DNA of 63,462 nucleotides, filler included, from Saprolegnia diclina VS20 (Eukaryota): NCBI RefSeq assembly GCF_000281045.1. It is 6 parts of 2 records of this genome, joined end to end, with 100 filler letters (N's around TTAATTAATTAA, not from the genome) between each part and the next. Parts side by side here need not be neighbours in the genome. Positions count along the whole stretch, not along the records: positions 33,180 to 57,468 come from NW_008246087.1; positions 57,569 to 60,989 come from NW_008246087.1; positions 61,090 to 62,158 come from NW_008246087.1; positions 62,259 to 63,462 come from NW_008246087.1; 2 more parts are not named here. One strand, 5' to 3'. Shown piece by piece: positions 51,664 to 63,462 of this stretch (position 1 is its first letter; each line of letters starts with the position of its first letter). The notes under the pieces were generated by a model. It saw only the letters and a program-made list of their open reading frames with translations, ran no database searches and was not told where the DNA came from. The position numbers and the translations under genes were made by a program.

Positions 51664-52444
51664 GACTGGATCAAATGAGTTGTGACGAATTGCACCAGGC
51701 AGCTTTGTGCCCGCTCCGCGTGCCACGTACCCCGTACCCATCCCACGTGACACACCGTCGTCAAGACCAAGCCCTATTATGGTTAGGCCCGCGATAGCGT
51801 AACCTCCATCGGTCCATGCAACCATGCAAGGCCACGAGCACCAAGCCGAAGACCGACTAATTCCTGGACCGTCGACTACAAGTAGCCATCGTATCAAAGG
51901 GCGTGTTCCTTCAACGATACTCCGCGATATCGGTCCACGCATGCTATAATAGCTCGTCGGCTACGCCGCGGGACCCTAACCGCTCTTCCTAAAATTTCAG
52001 CGCACGGTTAATCACTTTCGGCATGGCATACCGTGAGCGATTGCGCAAGGTCCGACATGCACGTTATTAAACGCGCCAAACAGCCAGTTAGTCTGGTATT
52101 TAACGTACTTTAGCCCCATTCGACAACCAAGTTTTTGCCATTTAACGCGCGACATCGCGACGTTGAACGTGATTGCAGGTGGCGCTTCCTGTAGCATGTT
52201 GCTGGAAGCGGCAGGAAGGTGCGACGACGCGGCGGTAACGAGCAGAGCCCCAGAGATACGTCCCAATGAGACCCGGCTTCAAGATCCAGTAGAGTCGCGG
52301 CACCATTCGACGAAAGCAAGAGGCTATAAGAAAGTGAATTTTGAGTTTTAAATGTTATCGTACCCACCAAATTCATACATTTTGCTGTGTGTCTCAGCAC
52401 AAAACATGTATATTAATTGGGTCTTTCCTTTTTCTACTCGATCT

Positions 52445-55400
52445 CTACTGGCCCGTTGATTGAATCTTGTCGAGGTAGCCGCCTTCACTGCAGAGCTCAA
52501 AGAAGATGCCGTCGCCTTGGGCAATGAGGGTGCTTGGGCTGTCGCACTGGACGAGGCGGCCGTGGTCAAACACGAGGATCCGGTTGCAGTCCAAAACCGT
52601 GTCGAGACGGTGGGCGATCGTGAGGACCGTCGAGTCGGCAAACTCGGTGCGAATCACATGCTGGAGCTTCTGGTCCGTCGCGTGGTCCATGGCCGCCGTC
52701 GCTTCGTCCATGACGACGACCTTGGCGCGCAAGAGGAGCGCACGCGCCATGCACAGCATTTGGCGCTCGCCGACGCTAAAGTTCTCGCCGTTCTCCTCGA
52801 CGTCGCTGCTCAAGCCGTCCTTCTCGGTGCGTTCGACCAAGTTGACCTTGCGCAGCACATTCCAGAGGTCGTCGTCTTGAAACTGGTCAAACGGGTCGAG
52901 ATATTGGCGGAGCGTGCCCTTGAAGAGGACCGGGTTTTGCGGAATGATCGCAATGCTTTCGCGGAGCGTCTTGAGCCCGACCGATGCGCAGTTGACACCG
53001 TCGATCGAGATGGACCCGGCCGCGAGCTCGTTGATGCGGAAGAGCGCCATGGTCAAGCTCGACTTGCCAGCCCCCGTGCGACCGACGATGCCGACCTTTT
53101 CCCGGCCCCGAAGCGCGACGCAAACGTCCTTGAGCACGAGCGGGTCGTTCTCCTTGTAGCGGAAGCTGACGTTGTTGAACGTAATCGCGCCCTGCGACGG
53201 CCACGACTGCGTCGAGACGGCGCCAGGAATCACACGCGGCGCCTCCGGTGGGATCTGCGTGTACTCGATGATGCGCTCGGGGGACACCATGTTCTTTTCA
53301 ATCTCGGACGCGTCTTGGATGAGGTACTGGAGGTTGAGCGGCACGTTGAGCGCATAGTTGAAGACGAGGCCGACAAGACCGGGCGTCAAGTACACGCGCG
53401 CGTAGACAAGCGAGAGCGAGATGACGAGGATCATGCTGGCCGAGAGGAGCTGGTTCTGGAGCATGAACCAGAGCTCGACGATCTGCTTGGCGTACACCGA
53501 CTCGTTGTACCGGTTGACATTGCGGTGGTGAAGACGCTGGAAGCGGCGCTCTTGTTTGGCGCCAAACGCGCGGATGACGACCGCGCCGTCGATCGCTTCC
53601 GAGATCAAGTTGATCATGGGCGAGTACGTGACCTTCCCGAGGCGCTCAATCTCGCGGGCCGGTTGGAGGTAAAAGCTCCCGACGCGGTAGTAGACGTAAA
53701 ACAGCGGCAAAATGAAAAAACTCAGCGACCGGACGACCACGATCGTCGTGCCCATCGCAAAGAGCACGATGAAGAACGTAGCGAGTACAAACATGAACGA
53801 GAAGGGCACGCCGACGTCGAGTGCGTTAAAGTCGCCCGCGAACCGGTTCAAAATGCGGCCGGTTGGATTCGTGTCGAAGAACTTCATCGGGGCGGCGAGG
53901 AGAGCCGACGTCATTTGGTCAAAGAGCGCGCGGGACGCCTTCCGACCCGCGAAGCCGACGCTGAGGATGCGCACCATGACGATCGACGCGCTCCCGAGCG
54001 AAAAGCACGCGTACACACCGACGTTCCACGCGGCGTTGGCCTGGAAGACGTCGGGCGACTCGACGGCCGACGACGCCGACCACTTGCTGAGCCAGAGGTC
54101 ACCGCAGACCGCGAGGCCCTGCCATGTCGACTGGACGCAGAGCAGAAGCACGACGACCGGCCACCCACCGGCCGCGCGAAAGTACGCGCCAAAGACGTTG
54201 GATGAGACGCGGCCTTCGGAGCGAAACTCTTCGTCGACGAGTTTGCCGTGGACGAGCGGCTCTTCAAAGGTGCCGTCGGCGTTCTGCCGGGGCGTGTACA
54301 CCATCTCGTGAAAGCCACCGGGCACGTACGGCGACCGCAGCGACGGCGAGAGCAAGTGCGGCGCGACATTCGAGATCGTGGTCACGTCATCCATCACGTC
54401 ATTGTCGTCGTCGTCATCGTTGGTGTACGACATGATCGGGTGCGCGGCGAGCGGTGAAAGGGCCGAGTCGAAGGCTTCTTTGGCCGTGTTGACAGTTTGC
54501 TTGCAGATGCCGTTGCTGATCTCAATCGTACGGTCGATGTGCTTGGACGCAATGATCTCGGGGTTGTGCGTCACGAGCAGCACCGTCTTCTTGGACAAGA
54601 GGCCGAGAAAGCACTTGGTGAAAATCTCATTCGAGACGATCGCGTCCACCGCGGACAAGGGCGAGTCCAAAATGAACACGTCGCCGTCGTTGTAGCACGC
54701 GCGGGCGAGCGCAATGCGCGCTTTCTGGCCGCCGCTGAGGTTGACGCCCTTCTGGCCAATCTCGGTGCGGTCGCCGGCGGGGAAAGCGGCGAGATCTTTT
54801 GTCAACGCGCAGGCGTCAATGACAGCAGCGTACTTTTTGCGGTCGTACGGCTTGCCAAAGAGGATGTTTTCGCGGATCGTCATGTTTTGAATCCACGCCT
54901 GCTGNNNNNNNNNNNNNNNNNNNNNNNNNNNNNNNNNNNNNNNNNNNNNNNNNNNNNNNNNNNNNNNNNNNNNNNNNNNNNNNNNNNNNNNNNNNNNNNN
55001 NNNNNNNNNNNNNNNNNNNNNNNNNNNNNNNNNNNNNNNNNNNNNNNNNNNNNNNNNNNNNNNNNNNNNNNNNNNNNNNNNNNNNNNNNNNNNNNNNNNN
55101 NNNNNNNNNNNNNNNNNNNNNNNNNNNNNNNNNNNNNNNNNNNNNNNNNNNNNNNNNNNNNNNNNNNNNNNNNNNNNNNNNNNNNNNNNNNNNNNNNNNN
55201 NNNNNNNNNNNNNNNNNNNNNNNNNNNNNNNNNNNNNNNNNNNNNNNNNNNNNNNNNNNNNNNNNNNNNNNNNNNNNNNNNNNNNNNNNNNNNNNNNNNN
55301 NNNNNNNNNNNNNNNNNNNNNNNNNNNNNNNNNNATCACGGCGAACGTCGGCGGCGCAGCGGTCGGCGTCGAGGCCTCGGCCGTCGCGTCCAGCTGGCTT

Positions 55401-56955
55401 GATTGCATCTCGACGTTGGACGACTTGTGCTGGCCGTTCCGGAGGTCCTTCGGCTGGCCGTTCGACAGGCCGTTCGACAGACGTTGCTTCTTGCGTCCGC
55501 TCTTCTTGCTCTTCTTGCCGCCCATGGCCACGTATGTGATTGGTGACTATGTACCCGCGATTTAGTGCAATGCGGTGTATAACAGAGGTGAGACACAATA
55601 GCATCGGACCAGTATCTCAATTACGAGTCGTTGGTGCATTAGCATTCTCATGGAGAGATCAACGACGCTCTAGGGTACTAGTTGGGTCATGGCGAAATAC
55701 GCACTCATGGCTCGTGAGATTCGGCGGCGCGTCGCCGAGCAAGTGGTCTGCGTCTTGGTACCAGAGGTCGTCCACCGTGAGCTCGTTGGCTTCCGTTGGT
55801 AAGCGCAGCATATTTTTTCTCGAACGTTTCTGATGACCTTTCTGGCCCATCACGAGTCGAGCTGTCGAGGTGTCATGGGCGAGATGCTTAGTTTTGGGGT
55901 CATCTGCGGTGGCGCATCATCCTCGCATCGGTCGCGTCGGCGTAGGTTGCCGTTCGACGACAAGAACCGCCTTCCACGCCGTCTCGTCCAGCCTTGTTTT
56001 TTGCATTTGGCAACGGATTTAATGATAATGCATTNNNNNNNNNNNNNNNNNNNNNNNNNNNNNNNNNNNNNNNNNNNNNNNNNNNNNNNNNNNNNNNNNN
56101 NNNNNNNNNNNNNNNNNNNNNNNNNNNNNNNNNNTTGATGACCTTCATGCGCGCGTCCTTTTGCTCCATGAGCGTCTCGAAGGCTTCGTGGCCGCGGTTC
56201 ACGAGCACGTTCGTGATGGGCATCACGAGGAGGATGACGCCAAGGCCGACAAAGGTCGCCCACGAGATGATCGAGTAGAGCATGAAGAGCGTGATCGCAA
56301 TCTGGACGGGCAAGATCCAGAGGTAGTTGGTGTAGTAGCTCATGCCAATGATCCAGTTGATGTCAGACGTAAAGTGGTTGGAGATCTCGCCCGCCGACTT
56401 GGCCTTGCGCGACGCGGCGTCGAGGCGCAACGCCTTTTGGAAGAGGAGGTGCTGGATACCCGACGTCAAGCGCACGACAATCACCTTGTCGAGGTAGTCC
56501 ATGTGCACTGCGAGGAGCGCCGCAAATACTTGGACACCAAAGAGCGAGGCCACGTACGTGATGAGCGTCATCGAGTCGGTGCCCACGCTCATGCCCTCGA
56601 GGAGCTGCTGGAGCACGTACGGGCCATACAAGGTGCACGGCACAGCAAGCAGCTGCATGCAGCCGATCCAGAAGAAACGCCAGCCAAAAATGCGAAAGAA
56701 CGTCTTGAGGAGCGACCGCGTTTGCTTGAAAGCCGGGTCGAACGACGCGACGACTGCATCGCACTTGCTTGCGTCCTGGAGCGGCCAGAGGTCGTCCGGG
56801 TCGAGCTGCCGGTCGTTGCCCGTGCGCAGTAGCGGGTTGGCCCAGTAGAAGAAGAGCCACTTGAAGAGGCCTGCGTCCTCAATTGGGTGGCGCTCGGAGC
56901 GCGCCGTCGGCTTGGGCGCAAAGGTCGCGTACTTGGCGCTCGAGACCTTGGACAT
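52445..56955 (-). CDS. ABCC/MRP-type ABC transporter (incomplete; middle lost in gaps)
   Basis: 5' part 56955-56135 (lasso WANPLL..G..RQLDPDDLWPL, TMD1); 3' part 54904-52445 with LSGGQKARIALARA, GRTGAGKSS, FSVGERQMLCMARALL, TIAHRL. Confidence 0.9.
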
Positions 56956-57468
56956 GGCAAAAGGCAAACTGGGGAAACGTAAATCACTTGTTCGATGGTT
57001 GCGATTCGACCAATCAAATCGCTTTGGGTCAAATGATGGCCGAAAAAGGCTCAACAGATGGCACCGATGGCTCCGCCACCGCAGACACGAGGATCTCGCT
57101 CAAGCGTGGATCTTCTTCCTCTTGCGGCGGTGGCAGCGATGGATCGCAAGATCGCTGGCGACCGAGTGAAGGTCGATGCGCTCGTGGCCCATGGAATTCT
57201 CCAAGCACAATCTCGACTCGCGCGGAAGCCGTGCCACTCTGTTTACTAACTCAGGTTACGACGCTGCGATTAACTTGGGTATTGTATTCGAATCGGCAAA
57301 TGACGTCGATCTGAGTACGCGCTGACACCCAATCCGACTGCCCCTTTCTACAGTGGCGATGGGGGAATTTGGCGGCAAAACGTACCGTCTCTGTCGCCCG
57401 CCAAAATGGTAAACGTTTCCGGAGGATTTGTTGAACGACGTGGTTGTCCATGATAGTACCTTTGTACT

Positions 57469-57568
57469 NNNNNNNNNNNNNNNNNNNNNNNNNNNNNNNN
57501 NNNNNNNNNNNNTTAATTAATTAANNNNNNNNNNNNNNNNNNNNNNNNNNNNNNNNNNNNNNNNNNNN
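57469..57568. other. Artificial scaffold linker
   Basis: N44-TTAATTAATTAA-N44. Confidence 0.97.
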
Positions 57569-58002
57569 CCAGCATCGCGGTAGCGAAAGCTACCACAACG
57601 AACACGGCTCGAACGCCCATGTCCTGCCAGGGGTGCCATGGTGTGCGTAGCATCATATGCAAAGTAGCTTCGAGGTTTCCAAGGTCCTCGCCATCGTAGC
57701 CGGCGTTTCGCCGGGCGCCGCTGCTACGAGGTCATCTTGCAAGTATTGTGAACGTCGTGCGCGGGTACGCAACGCCGAGACGCGCGCCGGCGACGCACTG
57801 CGTCCTGCGGCGCGCTCGTTCTGTGCCGCTTGGTCGTGTTTCTCCTGCGGTCCTCGAAGTTCGAAGTTACAAAGATGCAAGGAATAAAAAAGACTGGCGG
57901 AATGCAGCCGATCCCCATCGTTTTATTCGATGTCATCGAAGTCGAAGCACGGGCTGGGATTTTCCCTGGTGACGACGCCAGCGCCATTTGCGAATAGAAC
58001 TA

Positions 58003-58515
58003 ATGTCCTTCCTTCCGAGCGTCGTGCCCCGCCTCAAGCAAGCCGTGCTCGCGCAGGACTTCATCGCGAAGAACCCCAAGGTCGTCTCGTTCCTCGAGCA
58101 CCCCGCGGGCCCCTTTACGAGTCCGGACTTTGCCTCTCGCATCCTTGACTCATCGTGACGACTAGTTCACTTTTGGGCGCCGGCGTTCAAGTGGTGCATC
58201 TCGCTCGCCAACGTCGCCGACATGAAGAAGAACCCGGACTTGCTCTCGACGCCGCAGCAGGTCGCTGTGACCTTGACCGGCGTCATCTGGTCGCGCTACT
58301 CGCTCGTCATTACGCCCAAGAACTGGAACCTCTTCAGTGTCAACCTCTTCATGGCCGGCACGGGGTTGACCCAGCTCTACCGCAAGGCCCAGTACGTCGT
58401 TGCGCTTACGACGACTTGTGAATGGAGGAGGCTCATGGATCGCGTACTGCTGTGTAGCTGGGAGTACATGGGCGGCCGCGACGAAGCGGCCAAGGCGGCC
58501 CTCAAGACGGAATAA
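58003..58515 (+). CDS. MPC2: Mitochondrial pyruvate carrier subunit (MPC2-like), two introns
   Basis: HPAGPFTIHFWAPAFKWCISLANVAD...TGVIWSRYSLVITPKNWNLFSVNLF...QLYRK. Confidence 0.92.
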
Positions 58516-58561
58516 GAAGCGTATTCGATTGCTTTCAATACACGTGAGATTGCTCGTTGCG

Positions 58562-60822
58562 TTAAAACCCTCGGTTTGGCTGCGGCTGCTGGCTGTAGCT
58601 CTGTGCCCCGTACGGCGCTGGCTGCGGCGGACCTTGCCGCGGACCGTACCCTGGATACGGTGGAGCTGGCTGGCCTGGGCCATATCCTGGCTGAGGCGCA
58701 CCATACACAGGCTGAGGAGCCCCATACGCAGGCTGGGAAGCTCCATACCCAGGCTGCGGGGCGCCATAACCAGGCTGCGGCGGGCCATACCCAGGCTGAG
58801 GAGGAGCAGGGGGAGGGGCGCCGTATCCAGGGTGGGGAGCTCCATACGTAGGCGGAGTAGCACCATACGTGGACTGTGGGGCTCCATACGCAGGCTGTGG
58901 AGTACCGTATCCTGGCTGTGGAGTACCGTATCCTGGCTGAGGAGCACCATACCGAGGCTGAGGAGCACCATACCCAGGCTGAGGAGCACCATACCCAGGC
59001 TGAGGAGCACCATACCCAGGCTGAGGAGCACCATACCCAGGCTGAGGAGCACCATACCCGGGCGGCGGCAGCGGGTTATGTTCAGGTTGGGGCGCGTACC
59101 CGCGAGGTGGCGGCGCAAAACCCCGGAGCGCTGGGCCACGTTGGGCGAGGCCTGGAAGCGGTCCATACCCTGGATAGGGCGCGTTGGGCATCCCAGTGGC
59201 AGCTTGCGGTGCGTTGACGTTGACGGGATTGGGCAGCAGCGCCCCGAGGTCGGTCATCTTGATGGGCGTCGGGGCCGCGGGGCTGGCCGGCGTCACAACC
59301 GGTCTATTCCAACTTGGCAATCACTCCCTGTCCCCAAATGACGCGTACGGGAGATCGGTCGAGAGGTCAATCATGTCGAGCTTCTCAAACGCCTTGTCCA
59401 TCTCGATCTTGCGCTCCTCTTCGTACACTTCATGCGCGTGTTGCTCCTCGAAGCTCTGGATGCCCATCTGGATGTCCTGGAGCCAGTTGCTGCGCTCCTT
59501 CTCGCTGCTTGCGCACAAGAGGTGGCCGCCAGGGATCCCAGCCACGTCAATCTTGAAGCCAAACGTGCCCCGGGGCGCGTCCGCAAACTACAAGTTTCAA
59601 GCGCCATCGACCACACGTCCATGGTCGTTCGTACCTGCGCCGTCATGGCTTGGATCTCGTCGTTGATGGGGATGATGACCATCGGCATCTTGCCCTTCAT
59701 GTCGTCGTAGAGGAGAAGCGCGTCCGGGCGGAGCACTGCGTACATCTTGACCCAACTAAGCCCGCTCTTGTTGCGATAGAGCGCGCCCCGGAGCACGGTC
59801 GAGTTCATCTCGCTACAGTGCAACCCATGAGCAAGTGGAGACACAGCGACCGAGACAGTACACGACTTCGGTGACCGAGCACGCAGCGTACTGCATCCCG
59901 TTGAGTTCGCGCGCTTGCTTGGTCTAGCATCCTTGTCATGGAGCCAAGACGATGCAGCAAGAGTGGGTACCATGTACGTCTTGGCCTCTTCCTGCTCGAC
60001 CGTGTCCAAATCGACATCTTCGAGCTCGGCCTGCACCGACATCCACTGCGCTGGCGTCGTGAGCCGGTACTGGCCGCCGTACTTGTCCGGTAGACTTGGC
60101 GCCTCAAAGTACTGCTGGAGCTCCCGCAGGTCTGCGACAAAGTGCACCTTGGCGGCCGTCGCCTCGGCCGCGCCGAGACCTTTGAGCAGCAGCGACGTTG
60201 CGCCGCGCATGAGGAGGCTATTCGCGGCCATGTGCAGCACAAACACCAACTGGGTCGTCTCGGGGAAGTACTCCTTGAGCATCTGCAGCAGCTGGAGGTG
60301 TACCGAGCTCGCGTCCGAGACCATGGCCGACGAAGCGCGTTCAAGGTCCACGAGGTAGACGATGCCAGGGGCATGTTCGTCTTCCATGAGCTCGATCGCG
60401 AGGCTCACAATGTACACAATGTACCGGCGGGCGTCCTCGAGCGTGCTCGTCGCCTCGGCGTGCCCGCCATGGTCCTTCGCGAGCTCGTTCCCGGCCACGA
60501 GCTTGTCGCTTTCGGACGTGGGCTTGAAGCGCGACGGGTTGAAGAGCACGATCGGGCACTTGCACTTGTCGTGCGCGTCGTGCAGCACATGGAGGTAGTC
60601 CTTCTTCGCCTCGCGCTGAAGCGATGGCTTGGCGAGGCTGAGGTTGCCAAGCTGGTGCTCGGCCAGCCACTTGGCCTTGGCCTTGAGCTGCATCGCGGCC
60701 TTGGTCACGTCGCCGTGGTTCCGGCGCAGCGACCGCACGTACTCATCCGGCGAGAAGACGTCGGGCTCGGCAACTGCGGCGCGGAGCGCCTCCACGGCCG
60801 ACGGGATGAAGCCAGCATGCAT
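58562..60822 (-). CDS. CRAL-TRIO (Sec14-like) + PH + Pro/Gly/Tyr repeat-tail protein (multi-exon)
   Basis: [32 protein letters not shown] (CRAL-TRIO); [15 protein letters not shown]...[15 protein letters not shown] (PH); (PQPGYGA)n tail. Confidence 0.85.
58670..59065 (-). repeat. 21-bp coding tandem repeat (PQPGYGA)
   Basis: caccatacccaggctgaggag repeated. Confidence 0.9.
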
Positions 60823-60932
60823 CTTTGATCCGTGGCAAGTCTAGAAGTCCGGATACGAACGGCTTCAAGTTTGTATCCGGACGCCCGAAAGATCGCAACC
60901 CGTCACCGCCCCAGCCCTCTCACCTTGAATCG

Positions 60933-60989
<57 letters not shown>
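60933..60989 (+). repeat. (GATA)n microsatellite at scaffold end
   Basis: About 14 perfect GATA units. Confidence 0.97.
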
Positions 60990-61089
60990 NNNNNNNNNNN
61001 NNNNNNNNNNNNNNNNNNNNNNNNNNNNNNNNNTTAATTAATTAANNNNNNNNNNNNNNNNNNNNNNNNNNNNNNNNNNNNNNNNNNNN
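60990..61089. other. Artificial scaffold linker
   Basis: N44-TTAATTAATTAA-N44. Confidence 0.97.
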
Positions 61090-61192
61090 GCTCCAAAGCA
61101 CGAAATTTGCCTACTGATGGCTTGAACTCACTGTGTATTTCGCCAACAGCCCCGGTAATTTAATTTCGAAAAGGAAAAGGCAATGAGAAAAT

Positions 61193-62158
61193 CTAATGAT
61201 TGAGTTCCTGTTCCGCGACATATTCTGGAGGGACTGCAGCAAACGACGCCGAGATGCCCATGCCTCCGGTGCGCAGGGCGTACGCGAAACACACACTAAG
61301 CCCGTTGATGTCGCTCGTGATTTTGCACTCCCACACGACTTTCGGAGGCGGAGGCGTCACAAACGCAAAGACGTACTGGAAGCCGACGAGGTTGGGGTTG
61401 CGTTTCACGACGTCGTGGGACTTCATGAACGTGCCCCAGTTGATTGGGTGCGTTGGCCGGACTGTCACTTGCAGGTAAAACACGATCTTGTTGCGCACAA
61501 GCACGGCGTCGAAGCCGGGGAACAGCGCAAAATCGGGAGTCCAGTACATGTTGTCCGTCAATGACGTCTCGAGAAACTCGATGCAACTTTCAGTGTTGGA
61601 GCCGACCGACACGACCTCGCAGTGTGAGGAGACCTCAAGGAAGCGCGTGTCGTTGTGCTTGAGAGGCTTCTTTGGGTCGCGCTTCTTCGACACATCGTAG
61701 CACTGGAGCCTCAGCACAAGCTTGCAGTCAAATGCAAGCTTGTGGATGGTGGCTTCGTAGAGCCAACCGTACAGCGACCCATACTTGGTCATCTCGACCC
61801 ACCGAAGCATGTCGACAAAAAAGCCCAGTCGCGTCTTCTTCATCAAGTAACGTTGGGCGACCCGGGCATCGACGATGCGCCGACAAAAGCTTCGGTCGAG
61901 GTAGTGCGCGTACTTGTCAATGTCGTCAATGTACGCGCGCCGTATCGAGTCAATGCCGATGTTGGGTGCAGCGTCGTTGCCCGTCTCAAACGCCAAAATC
62001 GCCACGTCACTCATGTGCAGCGCGGCTTCCTTCGGTTGGTCCTCGGTCCACCCGAGGAACTCGCGCAAACTGCCACCAGAGAACGCGTAGCGCTCCTTGA
62101 AAGAGCCCATGGAGTTCGTGTAGGCCACACACGCGTCGTAGAGTGATTCCTTGGACCA
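61193..62158 (-). CDS. Crinkler (CRN)-like effector C-terminal region with restriction-endonuclease-fold domain (5' truncated)
   Basis: ERYAFSGGSLREF, YGWLYEATIH, YWTPDFALFPGFDAV...LQVTVRPTH; the frame stays open to the scaffold edge. Confidence 0.75.
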   Translation of the reverse strand, partial: WSKESLYDACVAYTNSMGSFKERYAFSGGSLREFLGWTEDQPKEAALHMSDVAILAFETGNDAAPNIGIDSIRRAYIDDIDKYAHYLDRSFCRRIVDARVAQRYLMKKTRLGFFVDMLRWVEMTKYGSLYGWLYEATIHKLAFDCKLVLRLQCYDVSKKRDPKKPLKHNDTRFLEVSSHCEVVSVGSNTESCIEFLETSLTDNMYWTPDFALFPGFDAVLVRNKIVFYLQVTVRPTHPINWGTFMKSHDVVKRNPNLVGFQYVFAFVTPPPPKVVWECKITSDINGLSVCFAYALRTGGMGISASFAAVPPEYVAEQELNH

Positions 62159-62258
62159 NNNNNNNNNNNNNNNNNNNNNNNNNNNNNNNNNNNNNNNNNN
62201 NNTTAATTAATTAANNNNNNNNNNNNNNNNNNNNNNNNNNNNNNNNNNNNNNNNNNNN
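62159..62258. other. Artificial scaffold linker
   Basis: N44-TTAATTAATTAA-N44. Confidence 0.97.
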
Positions 62259-62551
62259 ACGTTGGTCGGGCACGGCGTCGAGGTAGCCGGCGCGTCAGTC
62301 GTAGTAGGCTTGGGCGTCGTGGCCGATGGCGTCGTCGTAGGCGCATCCGTTGGGTAGACGGGGCCGGACGTGGGCGCGGACGTGGGAGCTGTCGTCGGGG
62401 TCGGCAATGGTGTCGGGAGCGGGCCCGTGCAGGGCGTCGTCTCGTACAGCTCGAACGGGTTGACGTACTCGGTGCACGGCGCGGTCGTCGGCACGTCGGC
62501 CGCGAGGGCAAGGGACGAGGCAGCCGCCAAGAGGAGCGTAAACTTGACCAT
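62259..62551 (-). CDS. Secreted Thr/Pro-rich (mucin-like) protein, 3' truncated
   Basis: Signal peptide MVKFTLLLAAASSLALA followed by PTTAPC/TTP repeats. Confidence 0.75.
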
Positions 62552-63125
62552 CGTTTTGTAGAAATGGGCCACCCATGTCGACGCAAGCCGGGGCGACCTC
62601 TGCCGAATCTGGCCCAGACCCAGCTGGACGTGAGAAACAAGGCGGCTGGGTGCATCGCCCACACCATGTGCCCGCCAGCTTCAATCGTTCAGATTTCTGC
62701 CACAGGTACCACGCTACGCCTTCACGACGCCAACTCTACTTAACGCACGTCGCCACGGCCCATTTTGTCCGTTGGCAAAGTGGATTTTAGGCCATCGTAT
62801 TCGTCCTTTTTGGTGTCGATTTGCGGACGTTCGAGACACGTGTAACCCACATTGCACCACCGCGATAAGATCCAGCATGACGGAGGGTTCATCTCGCGAA
62901 TTCAAAGCGAGCGACTGCGACAACAACGATCGGCTATCGCTATCCAGTGCTTTGGATGCGCGACAAAGACGGCGACGGACGTTCGGCGAATGGCCACGAA
63001 CGGTTCGAGCGAGACGCTCGCCGAATGTATGGTTCCCTTCGTGTGGCGTTCGATGAAAAGAAGTCGATGTACCGATTCTCAACGTGTCACCAGGCTCTTT
63101 GACTCAAAATAGCCTGGTGACAACG

Positions 63126-63178
63126 AGCGAGAGCCTTCATCGAGCTCAAAAGTTTTGAGCTCGATGAAGGCTCTCGCT
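63126..63178. repeat. Perfect palindrome with 26-bp arms
   Basis: AGCGAGAGCCTTCATCGAGCTCAAAA-G-TTTTGAGCTCGATGAAGGCTCTCGCT. Confidence 0.95.
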
Positions 63179-63462
63179 ACCGGTAGTACCGGTAGTACCG
63201 GGTAGAGTGTAAAGCACATTGGAATCGACTACCGGTAAATGACAAATAGGTACAAAATATCGCTGAGGACAAAGTGGAATTCACCCTTGTGAAAAAGTGG
63301 TTTCCGACGGTGCTGCTACAACGACCGCGTCTTCCGTCCCGAGGCGCCCGTCGTGACACCCGAAGCGGCCGCCGCCCGCGCCGCGTTTTTGACCAAGATG
63401 CACCTTCACCACTCATCGCAACGGCCAAGGCAAGCATGGACGTCATTGCGGCCCTGACGGCG

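Noticed and set aside
59300..59350. Apparent in-frame TGA readthrough between the PH domain and the repeat tail
   Set aside because: The stop lies inside a GTACGC..AATAG intron that restores the frame (DLP|PVVT)

Overview
Eukaryotic, intron-containing DNA from an oomycete. Saprolegniales (Saprolegnia/Achlya-like) is inferred from the gene families, the 40-60 nt introns, Inr/FPR-like promoters and a Crinkler-type gene. The window is not contiguous: five identical 100-nt linkers (N44-TTAATTAATTAA-N44) join six scaffolds (1-23252, 23353-33079, 33180-57468, 57569-60989, 61090-62158, 62259-63462), and there are also ordinary N gaps. Recognisable genes encode a mucin plus TRP-like membrane protein, a p24/GOLD cargo receptor with an inserted DNRLRE/CBM96-like domain, a tandem-PH protein, a two-repeat (2x6TM) K+ channel and the Ste24 CAAX protease. 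Others encode an F-box-like/LRR protein interrupted by an in-frame stop, two equilibrative nucleoside transporters, a CHD-type remodeller carrying bromo, PHD and PDZ domains, a plant-type ketol-acid reductoisomerase, an ABCC transporter, a mitochondrial pyruvate carrier, a CRAL-TRIO-PH-(PQPGYGA)n protein, a Crinkler-like nuclease and a secreted T/P-rich protein. Signals not shown by the ORF track: a 1-kb TA-flanked TIR transposon; a TCCGGATA motif (often paired about 30 bp apart) just upstream of five genes; two pairs of uncharacterised small paralogous proteins; and several palindromes and hairpins, one with a compensatory base change. All domain calls come from motif recognition by eye, not from database searches.
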